Origin: Balanoglossus misakiensis
Lineage: Eukaryota > Animalia > Hemichordata
Length of the DNA stretch: 64,000 nt
Direction of reading: 5' to 3'
Assembly: GCA_040954595.2 (NCBI GenBank)
Contig: CM082591.2
Location: 8,874,001-8,938,000, forward strand
In this document: piece by piece, positions 52,243 to 64,000 of the stretch
Numbering within the stretch: position 1 is the first letter of the stretch
Layout of the letters: each line of letters begins with the position of its first letter
Program-made: the position numbers and the translations under genes
Notes under the pieces: model-generated
The model's input: the letters and a program-made list of their open reading frames with translations, nothing else
Told to the model about the DNA's origin: nothing
Databases searched by the model: none

Positions 52243-54239
52243 TAATTTTTGCCCTTCTTGTCCCATGATTATATGTGTAATATCTCATTTTCAATGTGTT
52301 TACATGTATATATGCAGAATCCATTTCAAACTAAGTGGGCATATTGTAGCGCCAATCTTATTTCTTAATCCGCACCACAGAACTGATGCAAGGTTTAGGA
52401 CTGGAAATGTATGTGGCCACTGGCCGACACCCCGGGCGAGAGGACTCCAATTATTTTCAGCACGTAGTGTGCCTCCCGGTTGATAACATCAATATGTGTA
52501 AATGCCAAAAACCCGACCTATTGTAATACCAGTCAAATTTTCTTTGTCATTTACCATTTTTCTCTTGCATATGAAGGTTTTTCTTAAAGAGTACATACCC
52601 ATATACATTTGTATGGGAGCACACATCCCCACCCCCTGCCAACAATAATTGGACAACTTTATTCTTCTTATACTTCTTTATAAGTCTAAACATTCATATA
52701 GAGAAGGCAACATGTTCTTGAAGCTGCTGACTATGGAAATATGATGAAGTACATTTTCCTAGTTGTACATGTACAGTATGATAGGCCCAATGTACCAATT
52801 GGAGATGTGTGCCTTACAGGCAACATAGGCTATACGCCAAGCCTCGTCTGTTGGCACTTTGAAGGGTATTGGAAGAGTGTCTCTGCTGGCCACTTTGGCC
52901 AGCAGACTATCATAAGGGTACAGAAAATAGCCCTAAAAGTGCATGAATGGATTGATACATTTCCCATCACTGTACCTGCATCAGCCTGTATGGATGATAT
53001 GTACTCTAGCGCTTCATGATTAGTACAGTAAACTTGGGTTAACATTTGAGTAAATACTTCTGATATTCTGACTCAGTTAAAACTGAATATGTCTATCAGA
53101 AATTATTACTTAAATTTAATTACAAATACAATTCCATTCATGCTATGAACAGTTGTCATGCATAAAATGTTGAAAATTTGTTCCAGTTATATTCACACGA
53201 CCTGATATTTGGTGCATTTCTTTACCTGTTGTTTAAATAGCATTAGAAATGAATTTTATACATGAAAAACCTGGAAAATTATGCAAATTAGGAGAGTGGG
53301 AAAATATGCCATATTTGCAATGCAGTACTGGGTGTCCATATGAATGTAATCTTGAAAACAAAAGATTATTCACTATTTTGACACAAACAGTGCAAAATTT
53401 CATTTTGGAGGTGTTCCACGGCCTTTTTCGATGATGCAAATTAGAAGAGTTGCCTAACACAGCCATATATGCAATACAGTTGTATATTGTTTACGGTACC
53501 CATATGAATACAAATCCTGAAAATGCGATATTACACATCATTTTGGGAAACATTGCAAAATTTCATTTTTAGTGGTGATTGGCAGCCATTTTTTATTATG
53601 CAAATTAGAAAAGTTGCCAAACACTGCCATATTTGCAATAAATAACCAATATGGATGCAAATCCTAAAATATTATATATTACACATAATTTTGAGAAAAA
53701 AAGGGCAAAATTTTATTTCAGAGAAGGTATTTGGCGGCCATTTTTGATCATGCATATTAGAAGAATTGTCCAACATTGCTATTTTGGCAACTCAGCTGGA
53801 ATAGGTCTGGGCTCCCATATGAATGCAAATAAGCAAAAAACTTCATAGGAAAGAACATTTCGTTTGATTTGGAACATTTTACAATTTCAAGCTGTGTGTA
53901 TTTAACTCTGGTGCAATTCTGGTTGGAGAGACAAATGGCTTAAGCCATTTAATTGAAAATATAGCACTACTTCACCAGGGTTGTGCAGTACCTTTGACAA
54001 CGCTTTGAACAATGTTGCAAAAAGCTTTGTGTTGAAGCTTGCTACAAGACTTGGCGTGCTGAAGCCTCTTATACTAGTCTAAGTTGAACCTTAGCTGTAA
54101 CTACATTTGTGAAAGCTTAACATTCAAATCAAAAAACGGTTACTAAACTTCTTAAAAGCTTGGTCAAAAACTTCAACAATGCTTTTCTATACAAACATTT
54201 AAACAAGCTGAAATTGTTGAAGCTTTGTCAAAGGTGTTC

Positions 54240-54350
54240 ATTTTTATTAGGTCCCATTGGTATATACCATGGGACCTTATGGGATCAGTTGCGTCGGCAT
54301 GTATGGATGTATGTCTGTGTAGTCCCTCAATGGGACCACCGTGTCCTGGA
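54240..54350 (+). mobile_element. Helentron/HINE-like element end
   Basis: T-run, hairpin aggtcccat...atgggacct, then a gtat/gtct microsatellite and a further gggacc copy. Confidence 0.5.
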
Positions 54351-54369
54351 CACGATTTTTTTATTTTCT

Positions 54370-54490
54370 CAAACCACAACAAATTCTCATTGTAACTTTC
54401 ATACTATAGAGATACTCATGTACACATGAGATGTTACAAATGAGTATTTCTATAGTATGAAAGTTACAAGTAGAGTTTGTGGTTGTTGAT
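54370..54490. repeat. ~120-bp hairpin
   Basis: tgtaactttcatactatagagatactcat...atgagtatttctatagtatgaaagttaca. Confidence 0.85.
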
Positions 54491-55802
54491 TGATTTTAAG
54501 GGACAGCGATCGGCTTATACACATGTTTCAAACCATAGCCTCTGGTTACAGAAGTTGTAAACAGTCAATCCCGTAAGGCAGTGCGCTGTCTTATCAACTG
54601 ACAAGGTGACAGCCACCATAGTCTGTGTCGTGATTTCAGAGCTCTGGAAAAGACTGCAAATTGGGTGAAAAGAAAGGACAAGAATCTAATTTCCTTATTA
54701 ACTAGTACTACCTTTACTTGTGGATTCTTACTCCCTCCAACAAAGATTCTTCCAGGCAGTGTAGATCTTGCGCAGAATACTTGGCGCCTTGTAAGCTGAT
54801 CTGGAAGAGAGAAAAACACATTATCCTCACGCTCGTGGAGGCAGACTGAAGCTGTACAAACTACCAGTATATTCTGTGTTCAGAGGGAAAGAAATTATAA
54901 TCGACTGTGAGGACAACTACATTAATTGGCTGAGATTTGCAGCGATAGATTACTAGCAATTGCTCAGATGTGGCCAAAACACAGTCTGTGTCACTTGATG
55001 GCAAGTACATGTACATATCATCGTAAAATTGTGCCAAAAATGCAGGCGCACCATCAGAAATACACTAAACTTTCCAGGTGGGCTTCTGAAAAGTGGACGG
55101 GTTGTCACCAAAACAATCAGTTAGGTTCAAGAGCATCTTCAGTTTCAATATTATAATTGCACAAGGCTTGTGGAAACCTAGCTCTGTCAGGCAAGCTGGG
55201 CTTTGTGACTTACGGCCTCCCACCACAGCAGCCCTGCTGACTCCCAATACTAGGCTAAGCTGGCGGATTTACAATTGATCTGTTGCGCAGTAGTTTCATA
55301 GAGAATTTCCATCTGTGAACCAAAACTCGTGCACAGATCGCAGTTACCGAGCACACCTCATTCATACAGGACAACGAAGCACCTCACAACTTGTACAACG
55401 GCCCCCTTTGAACTTTCTGAGAGGAAATTCGCAGCCATCTCTCGCTCCCCCCCCAAAAAAAAAAAAAAAAAAATCATGCGCATGTGCATGAGACGATCTG
55501 GAGCCTTGAAATAAAGGTAACTGCGTTCAAGTAATACACAACAGGCAGTGAATGTATTTGAATACAGTTATTTTTATTATCCAATATCAGACCAATATCA
55601 CATGCAATCATATAAATACAAGCAATACTGTTACAAATAAAGCAAACCCCCACAAGAACCACAATACTCGGTGCAAAATTAAGGTCTGAATGAGTTAAGG
55701 TAAGTGTTCACCTGACGAGGAACTTCTAAGCATTGTGAAAAATGCAACTCTGAATACATTATAAATATGATTGTGACTTCTAGTCACCATGAAAACGAAT
55801 TA

Positions 55803-56907
55803 GGGACCATTCAGTTTTTACGGCCAGGGGGGGGGGGGGCAAAATCCAGGGGGGGGGGTCACTTAAATGTTGAAGTCCAAAAGGGGGGGGGGGGTCATCT
55901 GGTTTTTTTTAAATGTTTAGGGGGGGGGGGTCACATACTTGTGTCAACGAACTTTTACTTTTGAGTCCACAAAAATTGCAGTTTTGCGCCCTTTATTTTA
56001 CAATTACAATTGCTGGTTTGTCTAGTGTACCAGGGCAGAGTGCTTGCCGCCCCAACCCCACTTATGATATTATTTAACAAAGTAAATACATAAAGGAGAA
56101 TAATCGTTTAAACCATTTCCAAAAACTTGTACTTTCGCGCTGCATCTCCTATATACTAGAAGTTTTATAAATGATGTCATGACGAAGATGACTTCAAATC
56201 TTCTAACTTTGAGTGGAGTGGCAAAAGGTAAAATTGGTCCTCCCAAACATTGAGATAATTTGCTTTTGAGTTCATAAAAATGCAGTTTCACGCCCTTTAT
56301 TTTACAAAATTTTCACACCCACCCCCTCCATTCTTCACCACATATCATTTATTTGCTGGTTTGTCTAGTGCGCCAGGCCGGGCAGACTTCTTGCCACCCC
56401 ACCCCCGATGCTTTGAGTGGAGTGCCAAAATTAAAATTTGTCTGGCCTAACATTTAGTTACTTTGCTTTTGAGTTCATTAAAATGCAACTTGGAGCACCG
56501 TCTTTTACAAAAATTTGTTATGTGGGAGGGGGACACCCCCTCCCAAGCCCACCGACGCCACTTTAGAGTTTTACCAGTTCTAGCAACTATTATATTGACT
56601 TGTCATTTTATTTTGATCATAGATTTCTTTATTGCAACGATATACTATTATATACTTCACTTACTTTTAAGACACTTATAATTGAGGTGGGAGGAGCCTC
56701 ATTCCCTTTATTGGATACAGTGTACATAGGATCAGGAAGGCGAATGTTTTCGGCGTGTGGGGGGGGGGGTCATCATATTTTTGGGTCTGTCAAAGGGGGG
56801 TCATCATTTTTTGGTGCTGGGTGAAGGGGGGTCGGCCTGATTTTGAAAACCGATGACACAAACTTGCCGCCCCCCCCCCCACCCAGCCGTAAAAACTGAA
56901 CGGTCCC
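55803..56907. mobile_element. PIF/Harbinger MITE, same family as 26691-27514
   Basis: tta|gggaccattcagtttttacggc...gccgtaaaaactgaacggtccc|tta. Confidence 0.9.
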
Positions 56908-56911
56908 TTAA

Positions 56912-57627
56912 GGTGGCATTGCATGAAAAGTTGTGATTTTTGCCAAATTTTACTTTTTTACATAAATCGGTAGGCCTAATACTGACCCACATCCTGACTA
57001 ATACGTCTTGGCGGAAATGGTGCATAATCACCCCAAAATAGCACTTTTCTGAATGAGTTTACAGCTTAACAAATAGGTGTCAACAATGCAAATGGCCGTT
57101 TTTCTCAGTTTGCATTTTCGCTGCTCTTGACAACTTCAGACAAAAATAGCTTCGCACTGCGTTGGCCGAATTTGCTCAAATTTTAACAGGGGATTGTGTA
57201 TGACCCATCCAACAAAACGGTATTTTTGTTAGTCGATAAAGTGTCCCTGGCGGGAATAAACTCCGATTCAATACAACTCACCGTGAATTTGATCAAATTT
57301 TACTAAAAATCTAACTTTCAAACGCTGTTTCTCCTCAATGGAAGCAGATAACGCAAAACAAAATTACCGTTTTTTGCACGTGTACTCTAGTTTCGAATGA
57401 CATATTAAGATGCATGATGCATGGTCAACTTTTTTACCTAATATAAATTTAATAACACCCTTTTTTCAGCCAAAATCGCCACCATATCCGGGGATCAATA
57501 ATATTTTCAAAAACAAAAGTTCAAAATCCCAGCTTCCAGAATATATATGGTTTATGGGGGTTTTAACGTTGTCTTTGATGAGAAATAGGCCTCTGAAAAA
57601 GTCTCGACGGTTTCATGCAATGCCACC
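56912..57627. mobile_element. Kolobok-like MITE
   Basis: ttaa|ggtggcattgcatgaaa...tttcatgcaatgccacc|ttaa. Confidence 0.9.
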
Positions 57628-60189
57628 TTAATTCCCCTTGGACACGTGCAGAGAAAACAGCTGTGGCACCCCCTCTACGAAAGCTGTAGTCATAGAAGGC
57701 AATCGGTGGAATACCTGCCCGGTCAAGCAAAGTGCACAGTTTGGTTGTGAAACTTTTTGTTTGTGAGGGCAGACAGTTTTTCCCCATTTGGGTACACATC
57801 TGCTTTTGCAGTACTTTGATATCATCAGCTGCATTGCCGAAGGTAAATCAAGTTTTGAACCTGGGAGGGATAAAATTAGGGTGGAATGCACTCGGCTACG
57901 ACTCTGATTTGTCTTCGACCATGTGATTGCAATGACCACCACAGTAGCGGGGAACTTAAAATATACGGGAAAGGTGGACTGTAGGGTCAAACTTTTGGGG
58001 AACCAAATTGGACTTTCTCAGAAACAGGAGGATTGCCGTGTGAAAAGCAGCCCACGGAGTAATATCTCCAGACGAGGATAAATCCAAAAACTGGAGAATC
58101 GATAACAAAATGCCTGCGGTAATAGCTAATTTACGTCTTGGGACCCAGAGAAAACAATGGAAAATCCCTTGTGTTAAACGTGGTAAAATAGGGTGGACTA
58201 TCTGCCCATCAAATCCATTACACTTATGCAAAAGTCTTACAGCGTTCATGTATTGCTTCAGTGTACTTACTGTTTCTGAGATGACCTGAATAAAAAAAAA
58301 TTGTTCGTGGAGATGCTGGAACTGGTGTTATGCCAAAATGAAGGCAAAAGATAAGGTAAGTCTTCCACTGGGAATCAAAATTTCGCACATAGGGTGGCGT
58401 CAACTTCTGATTCAAGCAACCTTACCTTTGGGGTTTGTTTCTGCTCCTGTGGAAAGGTCAGAGATATTACCAATTGTTGTTTACACTGAAATAAATTGTC
58501 ATCAATGTGATGATTTCTCGTGCCTCGGCCTCTAGTCAGCTTCACAAAACGATGGCGACTGCTGCTATTTAGTTCCCAACGGCTAAGGGCGTCTGTCACC
58601 CTGTTTTCTGAGCCTGGGAGATGCACTGCTTTGATTTGGAATTGACGTTTCATGTGATCTCGCGTGCAGCTGGCGTTGACAGTGGCTTCATTATCGCACT
58701 GAATAATCAACCTACGACCAACCAGTTGGTCAGCCCATAATATGCATGCTATGACCACAGTCATCATTTCTAAACAGCTGATGTGGAACTCAACTGCGTA
58801 CATGTTCTGGAAACTGACAATGAAATTATTCATTGAAGTATGTGCCCCCCCCCCTCTCCGAGCACCCAAAAGTCAAGCATCTGCTGTGAGTAATTCATCA
58901 AGTAAAAACCAATCGTCAATAGGTACTAATGGTGTGCTGTTAAAGTCATCTAAGAAAGTCAGCGACCACCGATGTTATTTTTCATTTCTGAGTTTATGTT
59001 GAAACGGTGGTGATTGCACCTGAGTTTGGGCACAGTAATGTTATTGATTGTGTCAAACTTGCGGCCTCATAAAACCATGACTGCCAGACTGGTGCTGGTT
59101 GACAGGCTTTCTCCTTTGTTTCATCAAATGAGAAACGACCACACTCTTATGTGATATTGAACAAACTGTATTAACTAATGCAACACCTGCAGTGTTGATC
59201 AACAACTATATCGAACTCAGCTCACAAACTATGTTTTGCAATAAAATCTTGGAAAGAACTACTGATAAACTATGGCTTCAATGCCAAATACACACTGCAT
59301 GTGATATGGAAATATCAGCATCGACTCTAAAAAAAAACTCTTATTAACTCAAAGTGTTCACAGGAATAAATGTCTCTATCTCTCTATACAAAACTTTACT
59401 GTAGAGTTCTCCAAACGTGTCAGAAATTACACGCAGAAAGTTCAAATGCGACTCCACGTCTTCACTGAAACACACGCGACGAAACTCAATGTCGGTCACA
59501 CACGCGAAAGTCCGCAACAAGGCGCGAGTTCCAGGCTACGATCTACAGATCAACATCTATGGGTGTGGTCACCTCGATGACGTCACTCGGGCGCTCGGCA
59601 AAACTTCGTGTAATCGTCGGGCTCCAACGATGACAGTACGATTACATCCGGGACACTCCAATAAAGTTTGTTGCTCATCTATCGGCAAAGTTCACTGAAA
59701 TCGTCTCAATAAACGTTCAAAGGCAAAATACGCACTGCCTATGAACTACATAGAATGTCAGCAAATCAACTCCAACTCACTGTGAAACGTCTGTCTCCGC
59801 TCTCGACGGGTAACAGCTAAATCTTCCGTAGACCTCTGAATAAACGGTGCAGCTTTCTCTCCGTCACATGCGCGAAATCTGCTGACTCATGTGATGAGTC
59901 AGGACGGCTATATTTTCTCAGCAAAAACAGTCCATCCCGCGACCATCCGGCATCTACGGAAACATCGGACTTGGCGGAAGTCTGCCTCGAAGTAGCGGAT
60001 CCGTCATCGCGTTCACAACGCCAAAATATCTCAATCAAAATCTGCATCGGCGATCAAACCCTCATCAGTTTGACGCCGTGCTCTCAAGTTCTTAGAAAGT
60101 TTTCTCAAATCAGACCCCCTAGCTAGGTCGTATTACGAACAACTCCCTTGCTAGTGGTCGTATACTAAATACTATGCCGGCTACAGTAG

Positions 60190-60600
60190 CTTCCGCCCGC
60201 TCACTGCCCCACAGTTCACCTCAAAGCTCCGCACCCATCTTAGTCGCCTCGGGGTGCAGGTCAGTGAATACTCTTCACACAGTCTCCGCCGGAGAGGGGC
60301 ATCCTGGGCAATACAGTGTGGGGTTCCCAGTGACGTAATTAAGCTGATGGGGGATTGGAGGAGTGACGCATACCTTTGTTACTTGGTCCTCCCCCTCCCT
60401 TTCAAAGTTAACTCTGTTAAGCTTTGTGCCAAACAGCTTCCTTTTTCTATTTCTACATTTATAGCAAGTTTTCTGTGACTACCGGGTACCACTACTATAT
60501 TGGGTTTTTGGGAGAATTTTGTAGTTAACACAGACAGACACCAACTGTCCATTAGTATGTGTTTTTGTCAATAATAAAGTTTCCCAAAGTTGTTCCCAAT
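60190..60600 (+). pseudogene. 3' fragment of a second DIRS/Ngaro tyrosine recombinase
   Basis: YSSHSLRRRGASWAIQCGVPSDVIKLMGDWRSDAYLCY contains the HxxR...GxW...Y catalytic motifs. Confidence 0.88.
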
Positions 60601-61249
60601 TTGTGTGTCCCAGTGTGGTTTGTGTGTGGGAGCCAGTTAGACCATGAGCCAGTAGGGGTTTACCTCCCCCCCCCCAGGGGAATTTTTGAGACAATGTTTT
60701 TCTGAAAGCCTATCATATACTGAGTAAAACTCACTTTGTTTGCCTTCTGGGCACCGGGGCGTTTTCGAGTTATTGGCTTCTAAATTATATTGGGTAACGT
60801 ATGTAGAAATGCCTAAAAGTGCATATAAATTGACGTAGGGGGGTAAATTAGTCTTGTAAAATACTGTCTCTCTGAATGTATACCTACAACAAAAGGGAAG
60901 TATTTGGTATCAAAAGAAAGCTTAATAAACAAGCTTTCCATTAATTATAAAATGAAAGTGATATGACAAAACATGACATCATAGTGACGTCATAAGTCAA
61001 AATACCCTTACGAAAATGGTGTTCTGTTCACCTATAAATGTGAGGTTTTGCAAAACACGTCTCTGAGCAATTGTACTGATGAAAACTGTGATGTGTTTGG
61101 TATCAACAGAAAGCTGATAGAGTAAAGTATCTAATTATTGCAAAAAATGATATAATAATCAATTACGTCATCATTACGTCATACTTCCAAGTACCCTTAC
61201 CAATTAGTGACTATGATGACAAATTTTTACCCTAGGAGATAGGTGCCTT

Positions 61250-64000
61250 TAAATAAAAAAAAATTGGTAAGGAAGGTTTGTGAAGTCCATTCTATGTAAA
61301 CAATGGTGCTGATTCCAAAAAAGTCAGTCTTATTGACCCCACCAAAGACAAAATTGCCATTTTGGCACTTTTTTACCCTAAAAGGTCATTTTTAGAAAAC
61401 ACTACAAACACACTGTTTTCGTCACATTCGAAGATCTGATGACATATGATATGCCTATTCTATGTAAAATTTGGTTGATATTACGAAAAAAGCAGTCTGA
61501 CTGACCCCACCCAAGACAAAATTGCCATTTTGGCACTTTTTAACCCAAAAAAGGTCATTTTTAGAAAACACTAAAAACACACTGTTTTCATCACATTCGA
61601 AGATCTGATGACATATGATATGCCTATTCTATGTAAAATTTGGTTAATATTAAGACAAAAGCAGTCTGACTGACCCCAAACGAGACAGAATTGCCTTTTT
61701 GACCATTTTTTGCCCAAAAACGTCATTTTTAGACAAAACTTTAAACACACTCTTCTCTTTATATTGATTGATTTGCTGATATATGGAAAGTCAATTCTAT
61801 GTGTAAAATGGTGACTATAAAACATAAATCAAACCCCAATCAATACAAAAATGCCATTTTTGGCCATATTTTTGAGGTCAAAAACGGTCATTTTTACAAA
61901 AAAAACTAAAAACAAACTGTTTTCTTCATATTCAGAGATCATGTGATATATGAAAAGTTTATGCTATGTAAAATAGTTCTGATTCCAGAAATAGCAGCCT
62001 TATTGACCCCCACTCAAGGCAAATGTGCCATTTTTGCCACTTTTTGCCCCAAAAATGTCATTTTTAGAAAACACTCAAAACTTATATATTTTCTTCACTT
62101 TCGGAGATCTGATAATGTATTATATACCCACCCTGTGTAAAATTTGGTAGGTATTCAAAAAAGTAGGTTTATTGGCGCCACTCAAGATTAAAGTGCGTTT
62201 TTTGGCAAGTTTTTGCCCAAAAAGGCCATTTTAAGAAATAAGCAAAGGTTTTTCTTTATTTTTGGAAATGTATGAAAAGTCAATTTATTGAAAAATTGGT
62301 GTTGATTCTAGAAAAAGCAATCTTATTGATCTCAATGAAGATGAAAATACTTTTTGCCCAAAAAGGGTCATTTTTAGAAAATACTAAAACATGCTATTTT
62401 TTTCCCTTTGGTGATCTAATAATAAATAAAAGTTCATTCTATCCTAAAAGTAGCGATTTTTCCAAAAAAGCACTCTTACTGACTCCACAGAGGGAAAAAA
62501 TGCCATTTTGGCCACTTTGCTCAAAAAAGGTAACTGTTTGAAACTTCTTTCTTTATTTTCAGAGATCTTATGATGTACGGAGAAGGTCCATTTTTGTTGA
62601 AAGGGAGCCGATTCCAAAAAAAAAAAAATCTTTTCAGCCCTACAAAATTGTCATTTTGGCCATTTTTGGTCAAAAAGGTCATTTCAAGAAAAAATGAAAA
62701 CAAGCTGTTTTCTTCGTATTTAAATGTTTGATTATGAATGGAAAGTCCGTTTTTTGCAAAAAATATGCTGATACCAACACAACAGTCTTATTAAGACCCC
62801 ACTCAATACAAAATTACCACTAAGCCATCTTCTAGTCAACAATTGTATTTTTCAGAAAACAAAATAATTGGTGTTTTTTGCCTTTTGAGTTTTGATGTTA
62901 TATTTGCATATTTAAAATGTCATACCATATGATCTCAGTTGAATTGATGATATTGAAAGGCAGAGTTGCCACAAGTTGGCACATTTAGCCTAAAATGGAA
63001 CTCAACAATAAAACGAGACGATCCATGTATTCACACAGTATACTATAAGTAGGTTATACATGGTATAAATTTTTTTATGTACATCTATACCAGCTCCGGA
63101 TAGATTTTTGACATTTATCCTCTTCGTTCTGAATACAAAATCAGAAATTATATTATATCATGATACCTCCGTCATTTTGATTGGACAGGGGTGCAATCCC
63201 ACGATGCTAAATACTCAATAGAGCTAAAACTGGCCCCTGAACTAGCACACAACGGGAAAATGTGGGTTTAAACCTAATAAATATAATAAAAACTCTTAAA
63301 TTCCTTGACGTTTCAATTTGGAGATGCTCTAAGTGAATATTTGGGACTTTGCCATGCGCAGTGCCTGTCTTTTTGTCGCCTGTATCATGTTTAATGCTTG
63401 GTCCTGGGCGACGTGTTTAGATTCATCGATGCGACTTTGGTTCAATTCGTATAACTTCTTTTACTCTCGACGCTGTTTCATCATCATTATGAGTTCAATT
63501 TGGGCTATCTCCAAATGCAAACATTTTTTTCTCTAGAAAATGTTTAAAATTATAAATTTGTCTTAAGTAGGTCTTTTTAGGCAATAAATTGCCAAAAACG
63601 CAATTTTGACTAGAATGGGGTCTTTTTTACATAGAATGGACTTTTCATACATAATCAGATCTCTGAATATGAAGAAAACATTTTGTTTTTAGTTTTTTTG
63701 TAAAAATGACCTTTTTTGACCTCAAAAATGTGGCCAAAAATGGCATTTTTGTATTGATTGGGGTCAAAAGACTGCTTTATGTTTTATAGTCACCATTTTA
63801 CACATATAATTGACTTTCCATATATCATCAAATCAATCAATATGAAGAGAAGAGTGTGTTTTAAGTTTTGTCTAAAAATGACGTTTTTGGGCAAAAATGG
63901 TCAAAAAGGCAATTCTGTCTCGTTTGGGGTCAGTCAGATTGCTTTTGTCGTAATATCAACCAAATTTTACATAGAATAGGCATATCATATGTCATCAGAT
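61250..64000. repeat. ~169-bp degenerate satellite array (61250-62900) with an inverted copy (63560-64000)
   Basis: tgacccca recurs at ~61334, 61502 and 61671. 61590-61960 is the reverse complement of 63630-64000. Confidence 0.85.
63147..63500 (-). mobile_element. Truncated Crypton-like element end
   Basis: aattatattatatcatgatacc...tgattggac closely matches the reverse complement of the 52200-52242 terminus. The inner boundary is uncertain. Confidence 0.6.

Larger units (their letters stand above)
43295..54205. repeat. Right arm of the large inverted duplication
   Basis: Reverse complement of 23649-34901 with arm-specific indels and insertions. Mirrored ORFs appear in the track (34722+ / 43130-; 25134- / 52741+). 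Confidence 0.93.
55745..58970 (-). mobile_element. Decayed DIRS/Ngaro-type retroelement (RNase H and tyrosine recombinase), interrupted by two MITEs
   Basis: RNase H: HISCLEM...CDNEATV...HLPGSENRVTDALSR. YR: FLRKSNLVP, SKTNQ, SFRRGGAT and, beyond the insertions, LIRFHGD*KSQSYL. Confidence 0.88.

Noticed and set aside
59400-60120. CpG-richer segment with short ORFs
   Set aside because: No motif, termini or splice pattern that I can assign; possibly the 5' part of the adjacent DIRS-like element.

Overview
AT-rich, intron- and transposon-rich animal genomic DNA. The repeat repertoire suggests a marine invertebrate, which is an inference only. From left to right: (1) The first three coding exons of a minus-strand secreted multicopper oxidase (laccase-like) gene. 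Its 9.5-kb first intron holds a decayed Ty3/Gypsy LTR element (both LTRs, PBS, PPT, 4-bp TSD) and a MITE. (2) A truncated PIF/Harbinger element with a spliced MADF gene. (3) A second Gypsy-like remnant with a PHD finger and a spliced extra ORF, split by a 3.9-kb Academ-like insertion. (4) The dominant structure, a ~30-kb inverted duplication (arms ~23649-34901 and ~43295-54205). Each arm is itself a nested palindrome, starts at an outward-facing promoter/first exon, and carries arm-specific MITE insertions. The 8.4-kb spacer holds a candidate unannotated secreted-peptide gene hit by a foldback element. (5) Decayed DIRS/Ngaro-type tyrosine-recombinase retroelement pieces with stacked MITE insertions, then a satellite-built inverted repeat. 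No rRNA, tRNA or CRISPR array was found. All coordinates were read by eye and should be confirmed by alignment.
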